Shown here: piece by piece, positions 38,026 through 47,544 of the stretch
Layout: each line of letters begins with the position of its first letter
Numbering within the stretch: the stretch's first letter is position 1
NCBI GenBank assembly: GCA_038256525.1
Contig: JBBSKF010000001.1
Location: 9,706 to 73,705, forward strand
DNA length: 64,000 bases
From: Mycobacteriales bacterium
Lineage (GTDB): Bacteria > Actinomycetota > Actinomycetes > Mycobacteriales > SCTD01
Reading direction: 5' to 3'
The notes under the pieces: model-generated
What the model saw: only the letters and a program-made list of their open reading frames with translations
What the model was told of the DNA's origin: nothing
Database searches by the model: none
Translations under genes and position numbers: made by a program

Positions 38026-38133
38026 AGCCCCGAGCCCCGATCCCCCAACCCCCGCCGATCATGGAGTTGTGGCACACCCGTTGAGCGTGCCGGCCGAGCA
38101 CAAGTTCCATGATCGGCGAGAGGAAGGCGGGGG
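38026..38133. repeat. Palindromic intergenic element, copy 2
   Basis: C-tracts (CCCCGAGCCCCGATCCCCCAACCCCCG), the 58-nt core at 38056-38113 (GATCATGGAGTTGTGGC...GCACAAGTTCCATGATC) and a G-rich arm. It has the same orientation and architecture as copy 1. Confidence 0.7.
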
Positions 38134-38186
38134 TCCACCTGCTGTCGGTGCTCCGGCCAGGACAGCGGCACGGGCCGGGGAGCCGG

Positions 38187-39821
38187 CTACGAGGGTCGGT
38201 TCGTCTTGCTGGTCGCTTCGAGCTCGGGCAGCGTCGCTTCGGGCCGCTCCGCTGATCCGTTCTTCGAGCCGTTCTTGGAACCGTTGCGACGGGGCGAGAA
38301 GAAGCCGTCTTTATCCGGCGCCGGCTCGACCGCTGCCTTCTCATATCCGGGGCCGAGCGGCGGTGGAGCGCTGTGGTCCAGCGCCTCGGCCTCCACGCCG
38401 GTGAGCCCGAGCTGGTAGACGAGCGGCAACGGGACGGTTTCCTCGACGAACTCGCCGGAGGGCAGCCGCCGGATGGTGCCCGACTCGATGCCGTGGTGCA
38501 GCAGCTCCTGGTCACTGTGCTGCAGCGCGAGGCACCAGCGCTTGGTGATCACGTAGACCAGCGGCGGCACCACGATCAAGGCAATGCGTCCTGCGATCGT
38601 CATGGAGTTGACGTTCACGCCGAAGACCGAGGCGATCACGTCGTTGCCACCCGCGATGACGAGGATGATGTAGAAGGCGAGGGACATGGCGCCGATGGCG
38701 GTCCGCACCGGAACGTCGCGCGGACGGTCCAACAGGTTGTGGTAGTCGCGGTCGCGGGTGAAGCGTGCCTCGAGCCACGGGTAGACCATCATCACCGTGA
38801 ACATCAGCCCGGGCATGATCACTGTCGGGAGCAGGACGTTGAACGGCACCGTGTAGCCGAGGCCGCTCAGCTCCCAGTTGGGCATGAGGCGCAACGAGCC
38901 GTCGAGGAAGCCGATGTACCAGTCGGGCTGTGAGCCGGCGGTCACCTGCGAGGCGTTGTACGGCCCGTACAGCCAGATGGGGTTGATCTGCGCCAATCCG
39001 CCGAGCGCGGCCATCACCGCGAACACCAGGAAGAAGAAGCCACCGGCCTTGGCGGCATAGGCGGGATAGAGCCGGGAGCCGACCACGTTGTTCTCGGTCC
39101 GGCCCGGTCCGGCGAACTGGGTGTGCTTCTGGTACCAGATCATCAGCATGTGGAAGGTGATCAGGCCGAGGATGGCCAGCGGGATCACGAAGATGTGCAA
39201 GGCGTAGAGCCGGTCGAGGAACTCTGTGCCGGGGTATTCGCCGCCGTAGATCAGGAACGTGGCCCACGAGCCGATGACCGGAACCGACAAGATGATGCCG
39301 TGGAAGATGCGGGCGCCGGTGCCGGACAGCAGGTCGTCCGGCAGTGAGTAGCCGGCGAAGCCTTCGAGCAGACCGAGAACCAGCAGCAGCACGCCGATGA
39401 GCCAGTTGAGCTCGCGCGGCTTGCGGAAGGCACCGGTGAAGAACACCCGCATGAGGTGCACCACGATCGCGGCGATGAACAGCAGGGCCGCCCAGTGATG
39501 GATCTGCCGCATGATCAGGCCGCCGCGCACGTCGAAGCTGATGTAGAGCGTCGACTCGTAGGCCTGCGACATCGTCACGCCCTTGAGCGGGATGTAGCCG
39601 CCGTCGTAGACGACCTCGGTCAGGGACGGTGTGTAGAAGAACGACAGATAGGTCCCGGTGAGCAGCAGGATGATGAAGCTGTAGAGCGCGATCTCGCCGA
39701 GCATGAACGACCAGTGGTCCGGAAAGACCTTGTTGAGGCTCTTGCGGACGTAGCCGGCGGCGCCGAGCCGTTCGTCCACCCAGCCGGCCGTGGTGGCGGG
39801 CGCCTTTTCCAGACGGCTCAT
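38187..39821 (-). CDS. qcrB: Cytochrome bc1 complex cytochrome b subunit
   Basis: FPDHWSFMLGEIALYSF, the heme-ligand His region and a long actinobacterial C-terminal extension. ATG 39821 overlaps the qcrA stop (ATGA). Confidence 0.9.
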   Translation of the reverse strand: MSRLEKAPATTAGWVDERLGAAGYVRKSLNKVFPDHWSFMLGEIALYSFIILLLTGTYLSFFYTPSLTEVVYDGGYIPLKGVTMSQAYESTLYISFDVRGGLIMRQIHHWAALLFIAAIVVHLMRVFFTGAFRKPRELNWLIGVLLLVLGLLEGFAGYSLPDDLLSGTGARIFHGIILSVPVIGSWATFLIYGGEYPGTEFLDRLYALHIFVIPLAILGLITFHMLMIWYQKHTQFAGPGRTENNVVGSRLYPAYAAKAGGFFFLVFAVMAALGGLAQINPIWLYGPYNASQVTAGSQPDWYIGFLDGSLRLMPNWELSGLGYTVPFNVLLPTVIMPGLMFTVMMVYPWLEARFTRDRDYHNLLDRPRDVPVRTAIGAMSLAFYIILVIAGGNDVIASVFGVNVNSMTIAGRIALIVVPPLVYVITKRWCLALQHSDQELLHHGIESGTIRRLPSGEFVEETVPLPLVYQLGLTGVEAEALDHSAPPPLGPGYEKAAVEPAPDKDGFFSPRRNGSKNGSKNGSAERPEATLPELEATSKTNRPS

Positions 39822-40951
39822 GTCCCACGCTCCCAATAGCTCGGACCGATCGGCTCCGAAAAGTCGCCTTGCGCGATGAAGTATCCCTCGTCATCGACCG
39901 AGATCGCCAGTTGGGGAAGGGCGCGGGCGGCCGGTCCGAAGATGACCGTGGCTCCGGTGCTCGCGTCGAAGACCGACTGGTGGCAGGGGCACAGCAGGTT
40001 GTGGGTCTGCTGCTCGTACAGCTTGACCGGGCAGCCCAGGTGGGTGCAGATGCTCGAGTAGACGACATGCCCCTTGTAGGCCCAGTCCTGTTGCTCGCCC
40101 TCGAGCTTGAGCTCCTCGGGACGCATGCGGATGAGCAGTGCCGGTGAGTCGGCCGCGATCGTGCCGTGGAAGACGTCGGGGAAGACGCTCTCGACCCCGC
40201 CGATCTGCAGATCGCCGAGCTTGACCGGAGTGCCGTTCTGGCGGATGAGACGGACCCCCTCGACCCACGAGGTCGTCGCCAGCACCCGCTCCTTGTGCTG
40301 GAAGCGCCCGAGGAAGCCGACGAACGGCAACGGCAGCAGCGCGAGCGAGCCGGCTCCGAGCAGCAAGGTGTTGCGCAACAGCTTGCGGCGGGGCAGCCCG
40401 GTGTCGGCCAGGCCCTGCCGAAGCGCCTTCGCGGTCGCGGCGCGCTCGTCCGGCGCGGAGCCGAAGGGGTGTCGCTCCTGCACGGCCTCGTCGTCGACCA
40501 TCAGGAGCTTGGCCCACAGCACCGTCCCGGCGCCGACGCCGCCCAGGGCCATGGCCATGAACACCCCGAGCAGGGGGGTGAAGTAGGCGTTGCCCGGCGC
40601 GCCGAACTCCTGCTCCTGGGCGAAGAACGTCACGATGAAGCTGATCACGCCGATCACGGCCAGCAGGAACAGCGAGGCGACCTTGCGTTCGGCGATGGCG
40701 GCGTCGCGCTCGCTGAGTGGGGCGTGTGGCGGGTGCGCCGCGGGCTGGGCGGGGTGATCGCTGTGCCGCTGTCCGTCGCCGTGACCGGAGGTGTACAGGT
40801 CGGTGCCGCTGCTGCTGTTGGTGTGACTGCTGGAGGAGACGTCGGACCCGCGGGTGTCGCCGGGACCGCTGGCCGAACTGCTCGGCCGGGGTGAGCTCAG
40901 CTTTTCGGGCAACGAGCCCGAGTCGGGGTGCTCGGGCCGGTCGTCGCTCAT
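39818..40951 (-). CDS. qcrA: Cytochrome bc1 complex Rieske iron-sulfur subunit
   Basis: CTHLGCPV...CPCHQSVF Rieske motifs and N-terminal TM helices. ATG 40951 overlaps the qcrC stop (ATGA). Confidence 0.9.
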   Translation of the reverse strand: MSDDRPEHPDSGSLPEKLSSPRPSSSASGPGDTRGSDVSSSSHTNSSSGTDLYTSGHGDGQRHSDHPAQPAAHPPHAPLSERDAAIAERKVASLFLLAVIGVISFIVTFFAQEQEFGAPGNAYFTPLLGVFMAMALGGVGAGTVLWAKLLMVDDEAVQERHPFGSAPDERAATAKALRQGLADTGLPRRKLLRNTLLLGAGSLALLPLPFVGFLGRFQHKERVLATTSWVEGVRLIRQNGTPVKLGDLQIGGVESVFPDVFHGTIAADSPALLIRMRPEELKLEGEQQDWAYKGHVVYSSICTHLGCPVKLYEQQTHNLLCPCHQSVFDASTGATVIFGPAARALPQLAISVDDEGYFIAQGDFSEPIGPSYWERGT

Positions 40952-41724
40952 GAGCGGGCTCCGATCCACAGCGTCATCATGATCAGCACCGCGATGCCCA
41001 CGACCCAGATGACCAGGCCCTCGGTCAGCGGGCCGTAGCGGCCCAGGCTCGCCCCGCCGACGTCCTCGGCTTGCGTGATGTAGGTGACGTAGCGGGTGAT
41101 CGCCTTCTTCTCCTCGACGCTGAGCTGGTTGTCGCCGTAGCGCGGCATCGACTCCGGGCCGGACTGCATGGCCGTGTAGATGACGCGCGCGCTGGCCGAC
41201 TCGAGCTCCGGGGCGTACTTGCCGTAGGTCAGCGCGCCGCCGGAGCCGGCGAAGTTGTGACAGCTGGCGCAGTTGGTGCGGAACAGCGCCCCGCCGAGCT
41301 GCAGGTCGCCGTCATCGAGGTCGCCCGCGGGGACCGTCGGGCCGCCGCCCTGGCCCTGGATGTACTCGGCGAGCGCGTCGATCTCCTCCAGGGTGTAGCG
41401 CACGTCCTTGCGCGGAGCCTGCTGCACGCCGGCCGCGAGCGGCATGCGGCCGCTCTCCACCTGGAAGATCACCGAGGAGGCGCCGACCCCGATCAGCGTC
41501 GGCCCACCCGAGCCGCCGGCGAGGTCGAGCCCGTGGCAGGTCGAGCAGCCCGACAGGTAGAGGTCGCGCCCCTCCTGAACCAGCTCCTCCTTCGTCGGGG
41601 CCGGCTTCGTGGCGGCTGGCTCCTCGACCGCCGAGCTGGGGGCGGCGACTGCGGTGTACAGCGTGCCGACGATGCTGAGGGAGAGCAGCACCACGGCGTA
41701 CCCGCTCAGCTTGGTCTTCTTCAC
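40948..41724 (-). CDS. qcrC: Cytochrome bc1 complex diheme cytochrome c subunit
   Basis: Two CxxCH motifs (CSTCHG, CASCHN), an N-terminal signal anchor and a C-terminal TM helix. Confidence 0.9.
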   Translation of the reverse strand: MKKTKLSGYAVVLLSLSIVGTLYTAVAAPSSAVEEPAATKPAPTKEELVQEGRDLYLSGCSTCHGLDLAGGSGGPTLIGVGASSVIFQVESGRMPLAAGVQQAPRKDVRYTLEEIDALAEYIQGQGGGPTVPAGDLDDGDLQLGGALFRTNCASCHNFAGSGGALTYGKYAPELESASARVIYTAMQSGPESMPRYGDNQLSVEEKKAITRYVTYITQAEDVGGASLGRYGPLTEGLVIWVVGIAVLIMMTLWIGARS

Positions 41725-41734
41725 GCGAGTCCGT

Positions 41735-42361
41735 TCACTGGATGATGTAGATCGCGGCGAACAGCCCGATCCACACGACGTCGACGAAGTGCCAGTAGTA
41801 GGAGGTGACGATCGCGCTGGTCGCCTTCTCGGCGTTGTAGCGCCCCACGGTCGAGCGGAGCAGCACGACGACGAAGGCGAACAGGCCGGCGACCACGTGC
41901 AGCCCGTGGAACCCGGTGGTGAGGTAGAACACCGAGCCGTACGGCGCGGAGGCGATCGTCAGGCCCTCGTGGACCAGCTCGCGGTACTCGTTGACCTGCC
42001 CCAGCACGAAGGCGGTGCCCATGACGAGCGTCAGGACGTACCAGCGGCGCAGTCCGTAGACGTCGCCACGCTCGGCCGCGAACACCCCGAGCTGGCAGGT
42101 CACCGACGACGCCACCAGGATCACGGTGAAGACCAGGGCGTACGGCACGTTGAGCTCGGCGGTGTACTCCGCCCACACCTCGGCGCCCTGCACCGAGCGG
42201 ATCGTGAAGTACATCGCGAACAGCGCCGCGAAGAACATCAGCTCCGAGGACAGCCAGACGATCGTCCCGACGCTGACCATGTTCGGCCGGGTCAACGACC
42301 CGTGGCCGCTCGCGGCCCCGTGCGGAGGTGCAGCGGCCGGGGGCGCGGCGGTCGTCGTCAC
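41735..42361 (-). CDS. ctaE: Cytochrome c oxidase subunit III
   Basis: [21 protein letters not shown] and YWHFVDVVW. The ORF was trimmed to GTG 42361. Confidence 0.9.
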   Translation of the reverse strand: MTTTAAPPAAAPPHGAASGHGSLTRPNMVSVGTIVWLSSELMFFAALFAMYFTIRSVQGAEVWAEYTAELNVPYALVFTVILVASSVTCQLGVFAAERGDVYGLRRWYVLTLVMGTAFVLGQVNEYRELVHEGLTIASAPYGSVFYLTTGFHGLHVVAGLFAFVVVLLRSTVGRYNAEKATSAIVTSYYWHFVDVVWIGLFAAIYIIQ

Positions 42362-42517
42362 GTGAGCATCATGGCAGGCCGGGACGGCCCCCACCACGCG
42401 GGGCGGGGGCGCGTCGCGGTCGGTGCGCCGTGACCTGCTTTCGGGCCTACCCTGGGGAACGTGGAGCCTTCCGCAACGACGCTCGCCCATCGCGAGGGCC
42501 TACCGGACTTCGGACCG

Positions 42518-43384
42518 ATGTCGGTCTTCACCGAGGCCCAGCCGGCGCTCCTGCCGGTCCTGCTGGTGGCGGTGCCCGCCGCCCTCTACGTCTACGGCGT
42601 GCGTCGTCTGCGCGCCCGGGGCGATGCCTGGCCGGTCGGGCGCACGGTGTCCTTCCTGGTCGGCGGGCTCGGGGCGATCGCGCTCGCCACCCTGTCCGGG
42701 CTCGCGGCGTACGACACGAGCCTGTTCGGGGTGCATATGGCCCAGCACATGCTCCTGTCGATGGTGGCGACGATCTTCCTCGCCCTCGGGGCGCCGGTGA
42801 CCCTTGCCCTGCGGACCCTGCCCAGCCGCTCCCGCGGGGTGCTGCTCGCGGTCCTGCGCTCGCGCCCGGCCCGCGTCATCAGCTTCCCGCTGGTCACCTG
42901 GATGCTGTTCGTGCTCAGCCCCTTCGCCCTCTACTTCTCCGGCTGGTACGAAGCCACTCTCACCTCACCGGCGCTGCACGAGTTGCTGCACGTGCACTTC
43001 CTGGTGGTGGGGGCGCTGTTCTTCTGGCCGATGCTCGGGGTCGACCCGGTGCCGGGACGCTCCAGCCACCCGTTCCGGATGCTGCTGATGGCGGCGACCC
43101 TGCCGTTCCACGCCTTCCTCGGCGTGGCGATCATGAGCGTGGAGCCCGACGGTCGTGGCCTGCTCGCTCCCGGGTACTACGTCCCGCTGCACGGGCTGGC
43201 CGAGTCGGTCTTCCAGCAGCAGGTCGGCGGCGGGCTGCTGTGGTCGGCCGGGGACATCGTCGGCCTGCTGTTCCTCGGGGTGCTGCTCCACCAGTGGATG
43301 CGGGCCAGCGAGCGGGAGGCCCGGCGGGAGGACCGGCGGCTCGATCGGCTCGAGGAGGCCGATGCCGAGCGGGCGGGGGTCTGA
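42518..43384 (+). CDS. Cytochrome c oxidase assembly protein (Caa3 CtaG-like membrane protein)
   Basis: Polytopic membrane protein with HMAQHMLLSMV and HELLHVHFLVVG motifs. Alternative start at GTG 42461. Confidence 0.75.
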   Translation: MSVFTEAQPALLPVLLVAVPAALYVYGVRRLRARGDAWPVGRTVSFLVGGLGAIALATLSGLAAYDTSLFGVHMAQHMLLSMVATIFLALGAPVTLALRTLPSRSRGVLLAVLRSRPARVISFPLVTWMLFVLSPFALYFSGWYEATLTSPALHELLHVHFLVVGALFFWPMLGVDPVPGRSSHPFRMLLMAATLPFHAFLGVAIMSVEPDGRGLLAPGYYVPLHGLAESVFQQQVGGGLLWSAGDIVGLLFLGVLLHQWMRASEREARREDRRLDRLEEADAERAGV

Positions 43385-43534
43385 CCTGCGTGTTCGCCAT
43401 GTTTTCCGAATGATCTCAGGTCTTGACCGGCGGCACGGCCGTCTCTAGGGTGCGCCCTGTGACCGCCGTCCCTCCGGCGGACCCGAGCGAAGGAGCACGC
43501 CTTGGCCTCTGGCAGTCGCATCACCGGGACAACC

Positions 43535-43681
43535 ATGAAGCCGGTGCCCAAGGCCCGGACCTCCGGAAGCGCGGCCTGCCGGGTCTGCGGCTCGCGCCTG
43601 TCGGCCTACAACGCGGGCCCGGACTGCTACACCCACACCGTCGCCGAGCCGTGGAAGGGTCCGGGCCAGCTGCCGCGCTAG
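43535..43681 (+). CDS. 48-aa Cys-containing small protein (possible zinc finger), absent from the ORF track
   Basis: Manual translation MKPVPKARTSGSAACRVCGSRLSAYNAGPDCYTHTVAEPWKGPGQLPR. Nearly every third codon position is G/C. The RBS is weak. Confidence 0.45.
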   Translation: MKPVPKARTSGSAACRVCGSRLSAYNAGPDCYTHTVAEPWKGPGQLPR

Positions 43682-43742
43682 CCGGAACCTCGGGCGTCGC
43701 CGCTGTCCCTTTCCGAGCGGCTCGCCGCTACCATCCCCGAGC

Positions 43743-44189
43743 ATGAGCGAGCCTGCCGCCCCGGCCCCCGAGGGACGCACCCATCTGGTCGTCGTCTACA
43801 GCGACGACGCGGCGATCCGCGACCAGGTCCGCGGCGCCCTGGGACGCCGGCCGGCGGCCGACCTCGGGCGGGTCGAGTGGGCCGAGTGCTCGACCGGGGC
43901 CCAGGTGCTCGCGCGGGTCGATGCTGGTGGGGTCGACCTGTGCGTGCTGGACGGCGAGGCCTGGCCGACGGGCGGCATGGGGCTGGCCAAGCAGATGAAG
44001 GACGAGCTGCCGGACTGCCCGCCGACGCTGCTGATCATCGCTCGCAAGGACGACTCGTGGCTCGCGACCTGGTCGCAGGCCGACGGCGTCGTGGCGCACC
44101 CGATCGATCCGCCCGAGCTGACGACGGTCGCGAGCGACCTGCTGCGCCGGCGGGCGGCCGGTCGGCCCGTACGCCGCGCCCTGCACTGA
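43743..44189 (+). CDS. Stand-alone receiver-like (pseudo-receiver) domain protein
   Basis: REC-like pattern: [16 protein letters not shown]. The beta4 Thr/Ser position reads LLIIAR and the beta5 Lys-Pro reads AHPID. Confidence 0.55.
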   Translation: MSEPAAPAPEGRTHLVVVYSDDAAIRDQVRGALGRRPAADLGRVEWAECSTGAQVLARVDAGGVDLCVLDGEAWPTGGMGLAKQMKDELPDCPPTLLIIARKDDSWLATWSQADGVVAHPIDPPELTTVASDLLRRRAAGRPVRRALH

Positions 44190-44197
44190 ACGCCCCG

Positions 44198-45247
44198 ATG
44201 GTCGCCCCGGTCGGCAACAGCTGGCCAGCGGTGCTCAGCGCCCTGCTGCGCGGGGAGTCGCTGAGCTCGGCCGACACCGCCTGGGTCATGGGTGAGGTGA
44301 TGGCGGGCGACGCGAGCCCCGCCCAGGTGGCCGGCTTCGCCGTGGCCCTGCGGGCCAAGGGGGAGACCGCGGCCGAGGTGGCCGGGCTGGTCGAGGTGAT
44401 GCTCGCCGAGGCAGCCCCGGTGACGGTGGTGGGCCGGGTCGTCGACACCTGCGGTACGGGTGGGGACCGTTCCAACACCGTCAACCTGTCCACCATGGCG
44501 GCTCTCGTCGTCGCCGGCGCAGGGGTGCCGGTCGTCAAGCACGGCAACCGCGCCGCCTCATCGGCCTGCGGGTCGGCGGACCTGCTGGAGGCGCTCGGCA
44601 TCGTCGTCGACCTGCCGCCCGCCGAGGTCGCCCCGTGCCTGGAGCAGGCCGGCATCGCCTTCTGCTTCGCCCCGGTCTTCCACCCCGGGATGCGCCACGC
44701 GGCCGTGCCACGGCGTGACCTCGGCGTGCCCACGGTGTTCAACGTGCTGGGACCGCTCACGAACCCGGCCCGGCCCGGCGCGCAGGCGGTCGGGGTCGCC
44801 GATGTGCGGCTCGCGCCGGTCATGGCCGGGGTGCTTGCGGCGCGGGGGGCTGATGCGCTGGTGTTTCGCGGCGACGACGGGCTGGACGAGCTCACGACGA
44901 CCGGGCCGTCAACCGTGTGGGTGGTCGCCGAGGGTGCGGTGCGGAAGGAGTCCTTCGACCCGGCCTCGATCGGTGTGCCGCGGGCCGACCTCGAGGCGTT
45001 GCGCGGCGGCGACGCGGCCCACAACGCCGGCGTGGCCCGGGCGCTGCTGGCGGGGGAGGGGTCCGGGCCGGTGCGTGACGCAGTGCTGCTCAACGCGGCC
45101 GCGGCGCTCGCGGCCTTCGCCGGCGGCGACGACCCGCTGGTCGACCGGCTGGGGGCCGGCTGGGCGAAGGCGGCGGCGGCGCTGGACTCCGGTGCGGCCG
45201 GCGCGCTGCTCGGGCGCTGGGTGTCGGCGTCAGCGGCGCTGCGCTGA
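44198..45247 (+). CDS. trpD: Anthranilate phosphoribosyltransferase
   Basis: [36 protein letters not shown] and [10 protein letters not shown]. The ORF was trimmed to ATG 44198. Confidence 0.9.
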   Translation: MVAPVGNSWPAVLSALLRGESLSSADTAWVMGEVMAGDASPAQVAGFAVALRAKGETAAEVAGLVEVMLAEAAPVTVVGRVVDTCGTGGDRSNTVNLSTMAALVVAGAGVPVVKHGNRAASSACGSADLLEALGIVVDLPPAEVAPCLEQAGIAFCFAPVFHPGMRHAAVPRRDLGVPTVFNVLGPLTNPARPGAQAVGVADVRLAPVMAGVLAARGADALVFRGDDGLDELTTTGPSTVWVVAEGAVRKESFDPASIGVPRADLEALRGGDAAHNAGVARALLAGEGSGPVRDAVLLNAAAALAAFAGGDDPLVDRLGAGWAKAAAALDSGAAGALLGRWVSASAALR

Positions 45248-45259
45248 GCCGCACCCCCC

Positions 45260-45291
45260 GGTGATCCACGCGGGCTTTGACGTGGATCCCC
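45260..45291. terminator. Hairpin between convergent trpD and the RAM-domain gene
   Basis: GATCCACG (45263-45270) / CGTGGATC (45281-45288) is a perfect inverted repeat, followed by the CCCCCCGGGG palindrome. There is no U-tract. Confidence 0.3.
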
Positions 45292-45334
45292 CCGGGGATT
45301 CCACCTCAACGGGCGCGTAGATCACCCCAGGAGC

Positions 45335-45616
45335 TCATGACGGCAGCCCGAGGCTGAAGGTCGCTTCGAGGTCGTGCCGGCTGTAGGCCTGGAAGGCGAT
45401 CAGCGTCGAGGTGGCGATGACACCCTCGACCTTGTTGAGGCGCCCGGCGATGACGTCGTGCAGCTGCTCGTGCCGGCGTACGCGCACCATCGCGACCAGG
45501 TCGATGTCCCCGGCGACCGAGTAGACCTCGCTCACACCGTCGAGCTCGGCGATGCGCTGAGCCACCTCGGGGATCGAGTCCACGGCGGCGCTGACCATGA
45601 CGATGGCGGTGATCAC
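45335..45616 (-). CDS. Lrp/AsnC ligand-binding (RAM) domain protein lacking an HTH
   Basis: ITAIVMVSA...VSEVYSVAGDIDLVAMVRV...LNKVEGVIATSTLIAF matches the AsnC C-terminal domain only. GTG 45616 is the likely start. Confidence 0.65.
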   Translation of the reverse strand: MITAIVMVSAAVDSIPEVAQRIAELDGVSEVYSVAGDIDLVAMVRVRRHEQLHDVIAGRLNKVEGVIATSTLIAFQAYSRHDLEATFSLGLPS

Positions 45617-45641
45617 TTCTCGAAGGGTACGGCCCCGCCGC

Positions 45642-47438
45642 TCAGGCGTAGGCGCGGGCCGGGCGGGCGACCGGGCGCAGGGCTCGGCGGTCGGCGAACG
45701 GCTGGGCGGCCCCACGCGCTTCTTGTGCGGCTTCGAGCCAGGCGCGCCCGCGCGCGGCGCCGAAGGCGGGGGAGGCCCAGACTCCCTCGAGGCGGACGAG
45801 CCGGGTGCCGGGCAGCTCCAGCCACCGCAGCACGCACTCGACCTCCTCGGCGGTCGCCGCCGGCAGCGGGCCCGGGCCGGCGGACACGGTCTCGGCGGTG
45901 GCGATGAGCGCGTCGACGTAGGGGGCTGGATGCGCGCCGCGGGGGATCGTGCCGGCCGCGACCAGCCGGCCGGAGCGCACCACCGCCAGCTCCCAACCTC
46001 GGTCGGCCGTCGGGCGCGCCGCCACCAGCTGGCGCACCCCGGTCAGGGCCGACAGGCGCTGCAGCCTGGCGACCGCCCGGACGAAAGCGGTGAGCCGGTC
46101 GCGCTGGGTGGCGGCGTCCTCGAAGCGCTCGGCGCCGGCCAGCGCCGTGATGCGGGCGTGCAGCGCGTCGACGACCGCCGTCGGGTCCCGGGTGACGGCG
46201 TCGCGATAGGCAAGGGCATGCACGGCGTAGGCCTCGACGGACTCGCCCTCGGTCGGGCCCAGGCACGGCGCGCCGCACCGGCGCATCTCGGCGAGCGCGC
46301 AGGCGCCGGTCGGCCGCCGCACCGAGACCCGCTTGGTGCACTGGCGCAAGGGCAGCGCCTCGTGCACGGCCGCGATCGCGAGCTCGGCGGTCCGGGACGT
46401 GCCGAACGGGCCGAGGTAGAGCGCGCCGTCGTCGAGCACCCGGCGCACGGTGGACAGCCGCGGGAAGGACTCCACCGTGAGCTTGACCCACAGGGCGCGG
46501 TCCGGGTGCTTCGAGCGCCGGTTGTAGCGCGGGCTGTGCTCGGCGATCAGGCGCAGCTCGCGGACCTCGGCCTCCAGCGCCGTGCTGCAGACGACCGGGT
46601 CGACCCGCTCGGCCAGGCCCACCATCTCGGCCATCCGGGTCCGGTGCTCGCTCGCGGTGAAGTATTGCCGGACGCGGCTGCGCAGGTTGGTGCTCCTGCC
46701 GACGTAGAGCACCCGGCCGCGGGCGTCGCGGAACAGGTAGACGCCCGGCAGCGCCGGCAGGGCGTCGGCGAGGTGACGCTTGCGGCGTTGCTCGGGGCTG
46801 ACCTGCGCCGAGAACGTCCGCAGCTCCTCCAGGCTGTGCACGCCGAGCCCGCCGAGCCGGGCGATCAGGCCGTGCAGGACATCGACAGTGGCCCGCGCGT
46901 CTGCGAGCGCCCGGTGGTTCGGCGTCGTCGCGGACCGGAACACCTGCGCCAGCGTCGAGAGCTTGCAGTTGGGGGCCTCGTCGCGGGTCAGCACCCGGCG
47001 GGCCAGCCGCGCGGTGTCGACCGAGTCCGGCGCCGGCCAGGTCAGGTCGAGCCGGTCGCAGCCGGCCCGCAGGAAGCCGAGGTCGAACGGCGCGTTGTGG
47101 GCGACCAGCACCGCGCCACGGCTGAACTCGAGGAACGCGGGCAGCGCCTGCGCGAGCCGCGGGGAGGCGGCGACCATGCTGTCGGTGATCCCGGTGAGGA
47201 CCGCGATGAACGCCGGGATCGCCGCCCCGGGGTTGACCAGCGTCTGGAACTCTCCGAGCACCTCGCCGCCCCGCACCTTGACCGCCCCGATCTCGGTGAT
47301 CTCGCAGGCCGCGGGCGATCCGCCAGTCGTCTCCAGGTCGACCACCACGAAGGTCGTCTCCCGAAGCGGGCTGCCCAGCTCGTCGAAGCTCGTCTGGACG
47401 GACACCTGGGGGACGGGACGGGGCGGTGCTGCGGGCAT
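45642..47438 (-). CDS. DEDD 3'-5' exonuclease domain fused to a GIY-YIG (UvrC-like) nuclease domain
   Basis: FVVVDLETTG and VAHNAPFDLGFL exonuclease motifs. GVYLFRDARGRVLYVGRSTNLRSRVRQYF is the GIY-YIG motif. Confidence 0.8.
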   Translation of the reverse strand: MPAAPPRPVPQVSVQTSFDELGSPLRETTFVVVDLETTGGSPAACEITEIGAVKVRGGEVLGEFQTLVNPGAAIPAFIAVLTGITDSMVAASPRLAQALPAFLEFSRGAVLVAHNAPFDLGFLRAGCDRLDLTWPAPDSVDTARLARRVLTRDEAPNCKLSTLAQVFRSATTPNHRALADARATVDVLHGLIARLGGLGVHSLEELRTFSAQVSPEQRRKRHLADALPALPGVYLFRDARGRVLYVGRSTNLRSRVRQYFTASEHRTRMAEMVGLAERVDPVVCSTALEAEVRELRLIAEHSPRYNRRSKHPDRALWVKLTVESFPRLSTVRRVLDDGALYLGPFGTSRTAELAIAAVHEALPLRQCTKRVSVRRPTGACALAEMRRCGAPCLGPTEGESVEAYAVHALAYRDAVTRDPTAVVDALHARITALAGAERFEDAATQRDRLTAFVRAVARLQRLSALTGVRQLVAARPTADRGWELAVVRSGRLVAAGTIPRGAHPAPYVDALIATAETVSAGPGPLPAATAEEVECVLRWLELPGTRLVRLEGVWASPAFGAARGRAWLEAAQEARGAAQPFADRRALRPVARPARAYA

Positions 47439-47544
47439 GCCCGGACGCTAGGTCCGACCTGCGACATCCTGGCCGTACGACGCGCCGGCCTCACGGCGGC
47501 ACCCCGGCTCGCCCCGCGCCCGCCTCGCCCGCGGCCGCCCCCGG

